This document shows positions 7,896-18,245 of a stretch of 64,000 nucleotides of DNA, one piece after another; the first letter of the stretch is position 1, and every line of letters starts with the position of its first letter. The translations under genes and the position numbers were made by a program. A model generated the notes under the pieces. It searched no databases, had not been told where the DNA came from, and saw nothing but the letters and a program-made list of their open reading frames with translations. The stretch is from the NCBI GenBank assembly GCA_016199805.1, contig JACQGC010000005.1, positions 6,019-70,018 on the forward strand. Direction: 5' to 3'. The DNA is from Candidatus Nomurabacteria bacterium. Lineage in GTDB: Bacteria > Patescibacteriota > Minisyncoccia > Phycocordibacterales > UBA9973.

Positions 7896-10800
7896 TCAAA
7901 AACTGGGTGTCTCCACGGGAACGCTTGCGGGATTGTCGGCTGGAGCGGTATCGTCTGGAACACTACCAGATACAACATTATCTGGAGTTGGAGTTAACGC
8001 AGGGTCTTGGGTTGGTAGAATGGGTTCTGGGGTTGGAAGTGAAAACGGCACCAAAGATGGGCTGGAAATTTTACTGCTAAAAGTCTTGGCGCTCTTTACC
8101 GCCAAAGCAATCCAGCTGAAACTGATGTTTTGTTTTGCTGTGTCTTTCAAAGTGATAGTAAAACCTTTTTCTGATTTATTAGTTACCAGATACTGCACAT
8201 TGTCTGCAAATAAACTATTTGTCGCTTCAGTTTGAGCATTTTTAATTGACTGAATTAGGGAAGCATCAGTTTCAGTATTTAGATTTTCCAACTGTGGGTC
8301 GGCATCGAGAGTAATAGTCGTGTTCACAATGGGTTGTTCTAAATATTCTTTATCAAAAACTATATCTACGGATTGATCTCCTTTATTTATTTTTGCAAAA
8401 CCGGCCGTATCTGTCGTAAAGTATGGTCTGCCAAAAAATACAGTATCACTCATAAACATCACCGCATCCTTGCCGGAGCTGATAGTATCCACCGTCAAAC
8501 CATTGGCAAATATTTGTGGTGTAATTATTTCCATTGAGGCAGCCACTCGGTCGGTAAAAATCTCGGACAAGTTTTGCATATTGGTTTTTTGATTCCGCAC
8601 CTTAATAAGGAAATCCAAGATTCTGGACTCTACTGTTGCGGGAGTATTGGAAAGAGTTGAAGTCAAACCGTCGGAAACAACCGGAGAAAGAGCCAAGGAA
8701 TCTGTGCTACTTCCATCAGCAGTTGATGGAGACGAAAGCCCATTTTGTGCTGTAGCTGTTACAGCATCCAAATCTTCCTGCATCAACATCTCAATAGATG
8801 CTCCGCTGTAATTTGCCAAATTTACAAACACTACCAATGTTCCGCATTTTGTATTTGGCAATTGACCCAAGCCCATAGATGGACAATCTTCCAATTTATT
8901 TGTGTCCATATTTTCCAGAGCCGTGCCTATTACCCTGCCGGCCTGTGTCGCCCGCATAGCATAACCCGGAATGCTGGAAGAAGTCAGATAATCCCCTGCT
9001 TTTATCGGGCCATTTTCCGTACTGAATCTTACCGGCACACGGCCAACGAGCGCTATCGGCACAGAATCCACAGTCTTTGAACCGGCCACAAAACCTGGAG
9101 CGGTGGAAACGACTCCGACTAAAGTATTTTGATATTGTCCCGTGGAACGCAAGACCCCTTGTGAATTGTTTGGGTCTACCATCACCACTTCTCCTTTGGT
9201 CAGACTTTCGGTTGATGTATAATTTTCCGCCAAATCGGCGCCACCGGAAAAGAATCCACCGTTGGTTGACGACATGATATTTCCGTCGGATGTCACACGC
9301 AAAATACTGAGCCCATTATTTTGTAAATTCATAAGGTCCATCCCATTTGTAATCTGGTACGAATTTACAGTCGGTAAAGATATATTACGATAACTATATG
9401 TTAAACCACTAGAAGAATTATAAACACCATTTAAGTTGAGACCGAATGTAGGAAAATCACGACGGAAATTTATTTCCACTTGAGCCCATTGTTCACCTCC
9501 GGCGTTTCCGATAGACCCTCCAGGTGAGCTTATACTATTCCAAGTAGCCACACCGAGAGCGGTCTGGGTCGCAGCCACTCGCGCTTCCATACGCACAAAC
9601 TGGTCCGGAGTTTGTTGCCAATCAAGTGTAGAATTTGAAGCAAGTGCCGGCACATTCATTTCTTCAGAAAGATATTGTCCATCAGCATACCAACCAGCAT
9701 CGTAAATATTGATAGCCTTGGACCCAGATGATCCTCCGAAAAGAGTAATAAATTTTCCATCTGGCCTTTGAAAAGAAAGGGCACCGTCACCCACGCCACC
9801 ACCGAGATACTGACCAGTGGTTGGGTCTGTCACCGAATCAGCAAAAGTTGTAATAACATTGTCAGCAATAGTTCCAACTAAGAAATATGGAGAGGTGTTA
9901 TTTACTCCACCAGCTATTGTTGTTCTATAAATATTACGTGCTGTTGTTCCGGTAGGACCAATAGTAACAGCAGTAAGACTTTCTTGTCCAAGCGTTGTAA
10001 GAGTACATGACTGTGTAGCAGATGGAGCAGAAAGTGGTGATTCAACACCGCCAATAACGTAAGTATATCTCCAGAAGTGTACACCGGTATTACATAAGTT
10101 AGATCCACCAGAAGCTGGAGCAGAAGAAGTAGGAGCTGGTGGCGCAGTATTAAACATTGTAGGTCCTACAGCCACAGTACCGACAGGAGCACCAACAGCA
10201 GAAGTTGCGCCACCCCAAGGGAAATAAATCTCAGTGAGCACATCATTGTTTAGAGCCAAGTTTCCTCCAACAATTAAAAACGTACCATCAGCTCTCGGAA
10301 TAACATGAGAGCCTCTTCCTAGCATTGCAGGAAAAGTTACACCCGCTGCTTCTGTACCGTTGTAAGGATTGACTATACCTGACAGAGTACCACGAGCATT
10401 TGCTGTAGCTTCTCCTCTTATTATTATCCAATACCCGTCTTGTCTTTGAAATGCGAATCCTCCAGATCCATTAGCTCCGCCAAGAACAGCTCCAAGAAAA
10501 AATGTTTTGGTGTTTGCATTATAAGTCATAGTAGCAGTAGATACAGTTCCAACAGCAGACCCTGCTATAACTTTATACATGTTGTTCATAGAACCCTGAA
10601 GCGGTATAGCAAACCCTCCTAAATTTGTAGCTGCTGTCTGTAAAGGACCCGCTGTCATAGTATTGCGAACTGGATCATAAAGAGATGTAGAAGTAGCGCC
10701 AGCACCAGGTAAAATAGTATAAGTGCCATCAACATTAAGAATCGTAAATGCACCACCAGATGGAGCAGTACCAACTATGGATGGACCGAGAGTAAAACGT

Positions 10801-13800
10801 GAACCAGAGGGGGCATATTGATCATAAATATTTGTCACAGCTGACCCTCCACCAAGCACTACTAAATATTTACCGTTGGGACGTCTAATAGCAAAACCTC
10901 CTGCACCTACTGTAGCAGTAGGCTTATCTCCAGTGGCTGTCTGGTTTATAAATGTTGATGTTGTAGAATCATATAGCTCAGCAGATCCTCCCGCTACTCC
11001 ACCATTTACCACCAAGAATGTTTTATCGTCACGAGCAATAACAAAAGTACCATAACCAGCAAGATTATTTAGAAACTGATGATCATTACCAAATGATCCC
11101 ATATAAAATCCTAAACCTGTGGCACCTCCAACTTGAGTCGTTGGCGTAATACGACCATAAGGAAGTGTGAGTTGATTATTGATTGATTCAACACGAGCAG
11201 ATTCACCGCGAGAAAGCATCGGACCGGAAGGCGTGAGCTGCGCAAATGCCGCACCGAGCGAAACATCCGTCGCTCCGTCAACATAAGAAGTTGTAGAGTT
11301 ATCGTTTAAAGTTGTAACTAAAAATGGAGTATCGGTGACAGCAAGCGCCGCGGCTGTACGATAAATTTTTCTGGCAGTTGTACCGGACGGACCAATTGGA
11401 ATATTTGTCAGAGTAACTTTATCTGTGCCACCAGCGCAAGAGGCAGTAGCACTAGCTCCTAGTTGCGACTCTGCTCCGTTGATAATAAAAGTAACAAACC
11501 AAAAATGGGCTCCAATAGTACAAGTACCTCCGCCCGCTGACTCTGTGGCTGTGGGCGCCACAGGCACTGTCGCCGCTACTGCGGTGTAGCTATCCGGAGT
11601 GCTAAAATCAAATCCTAATTTTTTAAATACGGCAGAATTGTCAATAGAATAATCAAACAAGGTTGGCGTCGTAAAATCATAACGAAGTACTGTCGTATTG
11701 TTCCCCGTCCATGTGCCACGATCATCTGCCAGCTTTTTCGGCATAGCGCGATTGAAGTGTACGGCAACCTTCACGCAATTTGCTCCGGACACAGCACGAA
11801 TATTATCTCCAGGGTTTTGAATTTCTTGCCACGAAGCGGCGGCGAGGGGTCCCGAACAACCGGAAGAATTCACGGCAGTTTTTACAAAAAATTGCATAGC
11901 TTTAAATGCGGTATTGGTGACTCCATTTCTGGCCGCCGCATACACAGCTTCCAGCTGAGCCGTCCAACGCAAAGTAGAACCAGTGCTAATATATGAATTT
12001 GAAATATCTTCCGACGTATACCAAGTCGTAGCCGGAGTGATAGAATATGTGGCACCAAGTGATGCATCAACTGTTGCATCGGAACAAGATGTCGTGGTGT
12101 TATCAGCAATACTACAAGAACCTGAACTTATTAATTTTGGCAATCCTGTATCCCCTGCTGTTGTGCGATAAATCTTGCGCGCTGTTGTAGCCGTACCACC
12201 TGGGCCAATTGGAATACCGGAGAGTGCTACCGTTCCGTTAGCTGCCGTACATGCGACGATGTTTGATTTCTGGCTCAATTCGGATTCCACTCCATTTGTT
12301 ACAAATGTCGTGTAATAAGAATGCAGTCCAGCATCACAGCCCGCACCAGATGAAGGAGTACCAGCAACCGGTGCCACAGGAAATGGATCATACATAGGCA
12401 TATTTGTACTGAAATTATTTGTGGCTTGGCTCGCATTACCGGTGATAATCTGCCATGTTCCATCTGTGCGCATTATTGAATGAGCACCAGCACCAATCGT
12501 AGACGGAGCAGTGCCACCAGTGGAAGTATAGGTCGCAAATGAGTCCGTGTCTTGACTATAAATCCACGCATTGGCCGTAGCCCCTCCACCTAAAATTAAA
12601 AACTTTCCATTTTGAAGCGGGATAGCGTGAGCCCCATCTCCCAAGGCAACCGTCGGGCCGTTGTTGGGACGGCAAGTCATAGTATTGGCTGACGGATCAT
12701 AAACAGCCGAAGAATTTATTCTTGAAAGAATGACATATTTACCATCTTGACGTTTAAGAGCCACCGAACCAAGACTATTTATTCCGCAAGTATTTGTAGC
12801 TTGGTTTCCATCAAGACTTGGCCCAGCGGAAGTAAATGCTCCTATTGTGGCATTTCCTGAATATGGATTATAAATATTTGTATTTGAAGTAGAACCTCCA
12901 TTTACTATGAGCGCACGTCCATCGGGCATGGGAAGTACGAGTGCTCCTGCTGCCCAAACACCTGCCGAAGCAGGTGGACCAAGTCCAAAAGTATTTGCCA
13001 CAGGATCAAATATTTGTGTGGTACCTACAGAAGTAGATGCGCCAATAGTCACGAGATATTTCCCATCTGGACGTTTATATGCTACAGTACCCGCCCCAGT
13101 GATGGCAATAGTCGTTCCAGGCCCAAGAGAACTTGGAACAGTACCCATCGTATCAATGTTAGTTGTAGTAGTTGTTGCACCAGTAGCTGTTCCACAGATA
13201 AGAGTATATTTACCGTCTGGTCTTGGAAGAGCTATTGATCCTACACCAACACCAGCAGTAGTTGCAGTATTACAAATAATTGATTGTGATGCAGTCATTG
13301 CACCTGTAACCGAATCATAAAGAGTGGTTGATGTCGCCCCTCCACCATGTACTATCAAGTATCTACCATTCGGACGCGTAAGAGCCAAGGCACCTGCACC
13401 CACGGCGACTGATGTCGTGGGTTGAGATGATGTCGTTATCGTACCCGTACCAGAGTTTGCCGGAATACCATCCGCCAGCTGTAAGCGTCCGCCAGTATTT
13501 AAAAGATTTGAACCTATTGTTCCCAAAGAAAAATCCGTAGCAGCAGTACGAACGATAGAAGAATCCGAACCATTGACGGTAAGTCCCCCATTTGAACCAA
13601 CGGTGAATCTGTCGGTACCGTTTTGATTTATATCAATAGCGTTGCCGGTGCCGGTGCTGTTGATGGACAGCCCAGCTCCGGTGCCAGCATTGGAGATAGT
13701 CAGTGCGTCAACAGCCCCGGCAGAAAGTTGGTCAACCTTCAGTGCATAGTTGGCAGTGGTTCCACCCGATACCGGATTTTGAAAAATCACCGAACCATCG

Positions 13801-14687
13801 GTGGAGCTTAAGGCAATCGTCACATTACCCCCATCAGTATCATTGTTGTAAGTTGTTTGTAAATCCGAACTGCCGCCGCCTGCCCCGCAACCGGCATCAG
13901 TCGTATTACATAAAACTTTTGTCGTACCGTTTTCATTCACTTTGTATTTATTGGCGCTGGAATCATACCAGATATCTCCAGCCGCTGCGCCGGAGGTGCC
14001 CGCCACGCCAGTCTTTAAGAAATCTCCGGTAGCAATTGTGGTTCTTCCAGAAGCGGAATCTAAGGTCAAACCACCAACGCCACCAGAAGAAACAGTCACT
14101 GCGCCGACTCCAGTGTAGGACAAAGCCGAAAGAAGTCCTGGAATAGTCAAAGCTCCTGAACTAAGAACTGGAATTTGATTACCGGTAGCGGATTGAGATG
14201 GAGTAAACCCCCCCACGGTGCCGGAATTGATAGAATACCCTGAAGAAACCACTTGTGGACGCGGAGTGAGAGATTCAAATGTAACACCGACGCAAGAACT
14301 GGCCACTTGAGCTGCCACTTGCACATCTACATATATAGTATTATTACTTTGAAAATCATAATCAAGCGTGTCTCCCCCGGTTGACACATCCCCAATCCCC
14401 GCGTTAAAAACTCCTTCACGAGTGAGGATGGTCATCGTTGACGGAGCACCCGTGGGCCAAACTTTGGACCCTGCCGTTGATGCATCATATAAAGAAAACT
14501 TATAACAATAGTTTGTGCCACTCGTGCCTCCGAGCAAAGCCCCGCTGGAATTTAAAAGTCTGCCTTGAAAACTAATAATTTTGGGTACCCCTGGCGCAGC
14601 ATAGGCAAAATTTATAAAAAAAGATACGACAAAAAAGCACGTTAAAATCCGTAAAATATTTTTATGTTTAGGATTGTTTTTTCCCAT
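7896..14687 (-). CDS. Giant (2263 aa) secreted surface protein. It has many Kelch/beta-propeller-like blades and a domain repeated four times.
   Basis: It has a signal peptide. It has at least 11 blade-like repeats of the form (R/K)PDGKY...GG. An internal roughly 60-aa domain containing TARKIYRT is repeated four times. It is a single uninterrupted 6.8-kb ORF. Confidence 0.7.
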   Translation of the reverse strand: MGKNNPKHKNILRILTCFFVVSFFINFAYAAPGVPKIISFQGRLLNSSGALLGGTSGTNYCYKFSLYDASTAGSKVWPTGAPSTMTILTREGVFNAGIGDVSTGGDTLDYDFQSNNTIYVDVQVAAQVASSCVGVTFESLTPRPQVVSSGYSINSGTVGGFTPSQSATGNQIPVLSSGALTIPGLLSALSYTGVGAVTVSSGGVGGLTLDSASGRTTIATGDFLKTGVAGTSGAAAGDIWYDSSANKYKVNENGTTKVLCNTTDAGCGAGGGSSDLQTTYNNDTDGGNVTIALSSTDGSVIFQNPVSGGTTANYALKVDQLSAGAVDALTISNAGTGAGLSINSTGTGNAIDINQNGTDRFTVGSNGGLTVNGSDSSIVRTAATDFSLGTIGSNLLNTGGRLQLADGIPANSGTGTITTSSQPTTSVAVGAGALALTRPNGRYLIVHGGGATSTTLYDSVTGAMTASQSIICNTATTAGVGVGSIALPRPDGKYTLICGTATGATTTTTNIDTMGTVPSSLGPGTTIAITGAGTVAYKRPDGKYLVTIGASTSVGTTQIFDPVANTFGLGPPASAGVWAAGALVLPMPDGRALIVNGGSTSNTNIYNPYSGNATIGAFTSAGPSLDGNQATNTCGINSLGSVALKRQDGKYVILSRINSSAVYDPSANTMTCRPNNGPTVALGDGAHAIPLQNGKFLILGGGATANAWIYSQDTDSFATYTSTGGTAPSTIGAGAHSIMRTDGTWQIITGNASQATNNFSTNMPMYDPFPVAPVAGTPSSGAGCDAGLHSYYTTFVTNGVESELSQKSNIVACTAANGTVALSGIPIGPGGTATTARKIYRTTAGDTGLPKLISSGSCSIADNTTTSCSDATVDASLGATYSITPATTWYTSEDISNSYISTGSTLRWTAQLEAVYAAARNGVTNTAFKAMQFFVKTAVNSSGCSGPLAAASWQEIQNPGDNIRAVSGANCVKVAVHFNRAMPKKLADDRGTWTGNNTTVLRYDFTTPTLFDYSIDNSAVFKKLGFDFSTPDSYTAVAATVPVAPTATESAGGGTCTIGAHFWFVTFIINGAESQLGASATASCAGGTDKVTLTNIPIGPSGTTARKIYRTAAALAVTDTPFLVTTLNDNSTTSYVDGATDVSLGAAFAQLTPSGPMLSRGESARVESINNQLTLPYGRITPTTQVGGATGLGFYMGSFGNDHQFLNNLAGYGTFVIARDDKTFLVVNGGVAGGSAELYDSTTSTFINQTATGDKPTATVGAGGFAIRRPNGKYLVVLGGGSAVTNIYDQYAPSGSRFTLGPSIVGTAPSGGAFTILNVDGTYTILPGAGATSTSLYDPVRNTMTAGPLQTAATNLGGFAIPLQGSMNNMYKVIAGSAVGTVSTATMTYNANTKTFFLGAVLGGANGSGGFAFQRQDGYWIIIRGEATANARGTLSGIVNPYNGTEAAGVTFPAMLGRGSHVIPRADGTFLIVGGNLALNNDVLTEIYFPWGGATSAVGAPVGTVAVGPTMFNTAPPAPTSSAPASGGSNLCNTGVHFWRYTYVIGGVESPLSAPSATQSCTLTTLGQESLTAVTIGPTGTTARNIYRTTIAGGVNNTSPYFLVGTIADNVITTFADSVTDPTTGQYLGGGVGDGALSFQRPDGKFITLFGGSSGSKAINIYDAGWYADGQYLSEEMNVPALASNSTLDWQQTPDQFVRMEARVAATQTALGVATWNSISSPGGSIGNAGGEQWAQVEINFRRDFPTFGLNLNGVYNSSSGLTYSYRNISLPTVNSYQITNGMDLMNLQNNGLSILRVTSDGNIMSSTNGGFFSGGADLAENYTSTESLTKGEVVMVDPNNSQGVLRSTGQYQNTLVGVVSTAPGFVAGSKTVDSVPIALVGRVPVRFSTENGPIKAGDYLTSSSIPGYAMRATQAGRVIGTALENMDTNKLEDCPSMGLGQLPNTKCGTLVVFVNLANYSGASIEMLMQEDLDAVTATAQNGLSSPSTADGSSTDSLALSPVVSDGLTSTLSNTPATVESRILDFLIKVRNQKTNMQNLSEIFTDRVAASMEIITPQIFANGLTVDTISSGKDAVMFMSDTVFFGRPYFTTDTAGFAKINKGDQSVDIVFDKEYLEQPIVNTTITLDADPQLENLNTETDASLIQSIKNAQTEATNSLFADNVQYLVTNKSEKGFTITLKDTAKQNISFSWIALAVKSAKTFSSKISSPSLVPFSLPTPEPILPTQDPALTPTPDNVVSGSVPDDTAPADNPASVPVETPSF

Positions 14688-14760
14688 TGGACTGCCTCTA
14701 AATTTTACCTTTTTTAGGCAAAAAACAAAAGGGGATAAACATAAATCGACAAGAAACGAG

Positions 14761-15192
14761 TTACTTTTTCTTTTTTATTGAAGTGCTAGGGATTGAAGTC
14801 GGATTTATAGTCTGAGCTGGGGCAATGGTAGTGGCTTTGTCTCCGACATTTAGAGGCGCAACATTTAAAATTTTATTCAGAGAAACACTGTACAAGATAG
14901 CTTTCTTGGCTTGCGCGTATATCAGCACCTTATCTCCTTTCTCGGCTTGCAAAAAAAATGGCTGATCTTTCAATACTTCAGGGTCGGACACAGTGGCGAC
15001 AGTCGGAGTCTCCCCTTGTGGAAGAACGATTATTTTTGAAACTTTCTCCACGAGGCTAGCTGTCTCTTTTTGAGCCACTGCTTGAGGATTTTGTTTTGCG
15101 ACATAAAGCTGATAAGAAAAATATCCGGCGAGAAACAAAGCCACCACTGCCACAGTGGAAATTATGAGAAATACTTTTTGTATTCTTAGCAT
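14761..15192 (-). CDS. Small membrane-anchored hypothetical protein.
   Basis: The ORF has an N-terminal TM helix and a Lys-rich C-terminus. Confidence 0.45.
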   Translation of the reverse strand: MLRIQKVFLIISTVAVVALFLAGYFSYQLYVAKQNPQAVAQKETASLVEKVSKIIVLPQGETPTVATVSDPEVLKDQPFFLQAEKGDKVLIYAQAKKAILYSVSLNKILNVAPLNVGDKATTIAPAQTINPTSIPSTSIKKKK

Positions 15193-15255
15193 ATCTAGAT
15201 TATAAAACAGTTATTTTTTTAATGCAATGTGTATAAACAAAACTTAAGGAAAAAC

Positions 15256-15283
15256 TTGACAGAAATATAAAAAGTGTTATACT
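15256..15283 (+). promoter_or_regulatory. Near-consensus sigma70-like promoter motif (TTGACA-N16-TATACT). It points antisense into the 3' end of the reverse transcriptase gene.
   Basis: TTGACA sits at 15256-15261 and TATACT at 15278-15283. No plus-strand gene follows for about 1 kb. Confidence 0.25.
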
Positions 15284-15302
15284 TTAGCTAACCAATTGGC
15301 TT

Positions 15303-16352
15303 TTATTCACTAACCCACAAATAAAAATAATTTTTTATTTTTATAGAAAATTTGTAAGCATCTGTGTGTGAAAGCACTCCTAGGTATGATGCTAAGGTCG
15401 CTTTGATTTTGTCTTTGCCAACTTCCCCTCTTCGGTATGCTTCAATTTTATCTTCAAATTTTCTGATAATCCTCTTTTTCGTTCTTTTACGAATGAGAGT
15501 ATGGGTAGAAAAGATAATATTCCCCAAAAAATCTATGCCCTTGATATAACTTAATATCTCAACTTTTTCCGGATGTAAATGTAAAAATAAAGAATCTCGT
15601 AAAAATATATTTACGGAGTCTAAAATATGGAGTAAATAATCTCTATCTCTTGAAACAATCACAAAATCGTCAGTGTAGCGCGCATAATAACGAACTTTGA
15701 GTTTGTGTTTAATAAATTGGTCAAATTCATTCATATAGATATTCGCAAAAATCTGCGAGGTGAGATTGCCTATAGGCACACCCTTTCTTCCCAATAAATC
15801 TGACGCAGAACTTGTATAACTCTCGATTATGTTTTCCAGAAGCCAAATTATATTCGGATCTTTAATCTTCTTATTTAAGATTGCCAACAAAATATCGTGG
15901 TCAATTGAATCAAAAAACTTACGCACGTCACACTTGAGCACATAGCATGTCTTTGTATTGTTTCTGCTTTCTTTTCGCAACATACCTCGCAAAGTTTCGA
16001 TCCCCTTATGAGTCCCCTTGCCTATTCGGCAAGAAAACGAGTTGGAAATAAATGTTGGTTCAAATATTGGGTTGAGTATATTAAAAATTGCATGGTGGAG
16101 GACTCGGTCTCTGACGGTGGCTTTATGTATATGCCTCAATTTCGGATCTGATATATAAAATCCTTCGTACTCGCCGTGTTTATAGCTTTTGTTTTTTAAA
16201 TCTCGAGATAGTTTGAAAATATTACTCTCAAGCTCACTCTCAAACATCAATACATCTATTTTCGATCCCTTTCCGTGTTTAAATTCTTTCCACGCTAAAA
16301 ACAAAGCCTCGGGTTGAACAATCTTATTAAATAAATCTTTGTGAATAATCAT
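15303..16352 (-). CDS. Reverse transcriptase of the diversity-generating retroelement (DGR) type.
   Basis: RT motifs are present: the LFxxIxxxxAxxAWKEFKHGKGSK N-terminus, the IGNLTSQIFANIYMNEFDQF motif 4 with the DGR-specific SQ, and the YARYTDDFVI YxDD box. It is about 350 aa and has no maturase or endonuclease domain. The start was chosen at the internal Met (16352). Confidence 0.85.
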   Translation of the reverse strand: MIIHKDLFNKIVQPEALFLAWKEFKHGKGSKIDVLMFESELESNIFKLSRDLKNKSYKHGEYEGFYISDPKLRHIHKATVRDRVLHHAIFNILNPIFEPTFISNSFSCRIGKGTHKGIETLRGMLRKESRNNTKTCYVLKCDVRKFFDSIDHDILLAILNKKIKDPNIIWLLENIIESYTSSASDLLGRKGVPIGNLTSQIFANIYMNEFDQFIKHKLKVRYYARYTDDFVIVSRDRDYLLHILDSVNIFLRDSLFLHLHPEKVEILSYIKGIDFLGNIIFSTHTLIRKRTKKRIIRKFEDKIEAYRRGEVGKDKIKATLASYLGVLSHTDAYKFSIKIKNYFYLWVSE

Positions 16353-16706
16353 ATGAATCAAAATGATGTGCCAGTACTTAATAAATCGTATGAATTGTAT
16401 AAGTTGTTTCACGAATATCGCAAGGTTGTTCCAAAGCAAGACAGATTTACCATATATGAACGAAGTGAGCATGTAATGCTGGGGATTATAGAACTTCTGC
16501 TTGAAGCGAGTTACGGCGGCAAAGAAAGAAAGCTAGTCACCCTAGAAAAAGCCAGCGTCAAACTCAATGTGCTCCGATTCCTGATTCGCATAATGAAAGA
16601 AACAAAAACATTTGATATGAAAAAATACATTTCACTGGAACTACTTGTTGATGAAATCGGACGAATGATTGGAGGATGGATACGTTCGCTCAATCTCAAT
16701 AAATAG
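16353..16706 (+). CDS. avd: Avd-like accessory variability determinant, a four-helix-bundle protein of the 23S rRNA IVS protein family.
   Basis: It is about 118 aa. The helical pattern YELYKLFHEY...PKQDRFTIYERSEHVMLGIIE...LEKASVKLNVLRFLIRIMKE...ISLELLVDEIGRMIGGWIRSL is typical of the Avd/IVS family. It is divergent from the RT gene, and the two start codons are back-to-back (CAT|ATG). Confidence 0.7.
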   Translation: MNQNDVPVLNKSYELYKLFHEYRKVVPKQDRFTIYERSEHVMLGIIELLLEASYGGKERKLVTLEKASVKLNVLRFLIRIMKETKTFDMKKYISLELLVDEIGRMIGGWIRSLNLNK

Positions 16707-16710
16707 CTTC

Positions 16711-16750
16711 ACACAAAAGGTATCCAAAAAGGATACCTTTTGTGTTTTAC
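16711..16750 (+). terminator. Strong hairpin (15-bp stem, AAAAA loop) followed by TTTT. It is the likely avd terminator. It also lies in the spacer between TR and RT on the other strand.
   Basis: ACACAAAAGGTATCC-AAAAA-GGATACCTTTTGTGT is followed by TTTAC, directly after the avd stop codon. Confidence 0.55.
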
Positions 16751-16762
16751 AAAAAGAGACTT

Positions 16763-16891
16763 CGGGAGGAAGCCGGACGCCGAGCCAAAGTTGTCGTTGG
16801 CATTGTCGACCGTGTTCGTGTCAAACTTGAGCTTGCCGTCGTTCCAGTTGAGGTACGGAGCGTGATCGAAGCGAACAGAGGAATCCGGATT
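16763..16891 (-). repeat. DGR template repeat (TR).
   Basis: This 129-bp segment is near-identical to 17300..17428. The two differ at 18 positions, and all 18 are adenines in this copy (read on the minus strand). In the target frame this copy contains multiple AAC/AAT codons. Confidence 0.85.
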
Positions 16892-17186
16892 CTGCCTTTA
16901 TCCATCTATGGCACCGGAACTTGAAAGCTTTGCAAAGCAAAATGCAATCTTGCTCCTGAATTTAACTTCACAACACTTATTTTTTAAGTAAGTTTGTGTT
17001 GGGTAAAGACAAGCAGTATCTCTTCATAGTAACGCTCTTTTTGCAACCGTAGTCGCAAAAATTCTGGCTAGTTTCTTTGTGAAAAGAAAGAGTTCGGCGA
17101 TGGCAATCCATAAACTGCCATACATGAGCTTAGACTCAAGGTTAAGTATATTAAAAGTAAATTTAAAAATCAATATGAAATGAAAT

Positions 17187-17225
17187 CAGGGCTACCCACA
17201 TTGTGTTGTGGATAACCCTGATATT
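17187..17225 (-). terminator. Hairpin about 70 nt downstream of the DGR target gene stop. It has T-rich flanks on both sides. It is a candidate terminator or homing-associated structure.
   Basis: CAGGGCTACCCACATTGTGTTGTGGATAACCCTG is an imperfect palindrome. It has a T-run on the plus side and a T-rich tail on the minus side. Confidence 0.35.
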
Positions 17226-17290
17226 TTTTGCCGCGAACTCAAGAATCAAATGAAAGAGTTCAAAAAATTCAAGTATTCGAAGCGATAGAA

Positions 17291-18184
17291 TCACTTCTGC
17301 GGGAGGAAGCCGGACGCCGAGCCAAAGTAGCCGAAGGCACCGCCGACCGCGCCCGTGCCAAACTTGAGCATGCCGTCGAGCCAGTGGAGGTACGGAGCGA
17401 GACCGAAGCGAACAGAGGAAGCCGGATTATCAAACTCTTCGCCGGGCAAGTCCATGTGAAGTTGCTCCCAGCGAACGAAACGCTCCGGATGAGTGAGTAT
17501 GATAGCACCTCCAATAACGGAAGTGGCGCCGAACTCATTGCGTACGAAGACTTCGTGTGCGCGCCGAGTGGAACGTCCGCGGTGACGCATTCCGAGCTGG
17601 AGAGCCGCGACGAGGATATCGCCATTGCCCTGTTGTTCGGAGAGCGTTTCGATTGCCATTGCCGTCCGCGAATGAACGCGTAAACGGTCCATTTGACTCG
17701 CGCGGTAATTGTAGAACGAGCGCGACGCGGCAATTTTCGAGAGAACGGCGCCAGTTGCAATGGCGCGCGGAAAAGCGAACCAACCCACAAACGGCAACGC
17801 GTCTTCCGGAACGAACGACTTCAGCTCTGGTCGGATTTGTGCATACGCCAGCGCAGAGTCTGGATTGAGGTTAAAAACCTCCGCCAGGTATAAAATCTGG
17901 TCACAGATGGACTTCGGACCCTTGTACTCTGGCGGGTACGTGTAGGAGGATGCGACCTCCTCGCTTGCGTACTGGTTCGGGCTGCCGTATTTACGCACGA
18001 GATCTCGGACGAAGTCGCGAACGTCGTTCATGGCTCCCGTGCCGTTGTCGATGAACCGAACGCCACCCTCGTACGAGTCGAGATATTTTTCGACCACGAG
18101 AGGAACCTGCGCTTGAATCATTCCTGTAATATGCTCACGCTGTTCCGGCGACGCCGGGGCGGCTTCTGACAACATCGTTTTCAT
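17291..18184 (-). CDS. DGR target protein (297 aa). It has no signal peptide. The variable repeat encodes its C-terminal about 43 residues, a probable C-type-lectin / FGE-like variable fold.
   Basis: An AAGGAG RBS sits 6 nt before the ATG. The gene is GC-rich (about 58%), in contrast to the genome. The C-terminus ...NPASSVRFGLAPYLHWLDGMLKFGTGAVGGAFGYFGSASGFLPQK is encoded by the VR. The stop codon lies 7 nt past the VR. Confidence 0.75.
   Translation of the reverse strand: MKTMLSEAAPASPEQREHITGMIQAQVPLVVEKYLDSYEGGVRFIDNGTGAMNDVRDFVRDLVRKYGSPNQYASEEVASSYTYPPEYKGPKSICDQILYLAEVFNLNPDSALAYAQIRPELKSFVPEDALPFVGWFAFPRAIATGAVLSKIAASRSFYNYRASQMDRLRVHSRTAMAIETLSEQQGNGDILVAALQLGMRHRGRSTRRAHEVFVRNEFGATSVIGGAIILTHPERFVRWEQLHMDLPGEEFDNPASSVRFGLAPYLHWLDGMLKFGTGAVGGAFGYFGSASGFLPQK
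17300..17428 (-). repeat. DGR variable repeat (VR) at the 3' end of the target gene.
   Basis: It is the 129-bp cognate of the TR. All 18 mismatches correspond to A in the TR. The last 27 nt (minus sense) contain no adenine and are identical between the two copies, making this an IMH-like GC-rich end. Confidence 0.85.
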
Positions 18185-18245
18185 AGTAGTCTCCTTGACC
18201 TTTTCCCCGATTCGCCCGGGTACTGTTTTGCGGCTTATCTTTATG

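Noticed and set aside
16742-17683. Plus-strand ORFs 16742-16924 and 17228-17683, which share the peptide REEAGRRAKV...VEVRS..EANRG.
   Set aside because: They are the opposite-strand translations of the DGR TR and VR. Their similarity reflects the DNA repeat, not a duplicated gene. Other ORFs overlapping 17269-17945 are likewise shadows of the GC-rich target gene.
17535-17868. Arg-rich short ORFs on both strands inside the DGR target gene, considered as a possible small toxin or second VR.
   Set aside because: Their composition is driven by the high GC of the target gene. No second copy of the TR or IMH sequence was found that would define another VR.
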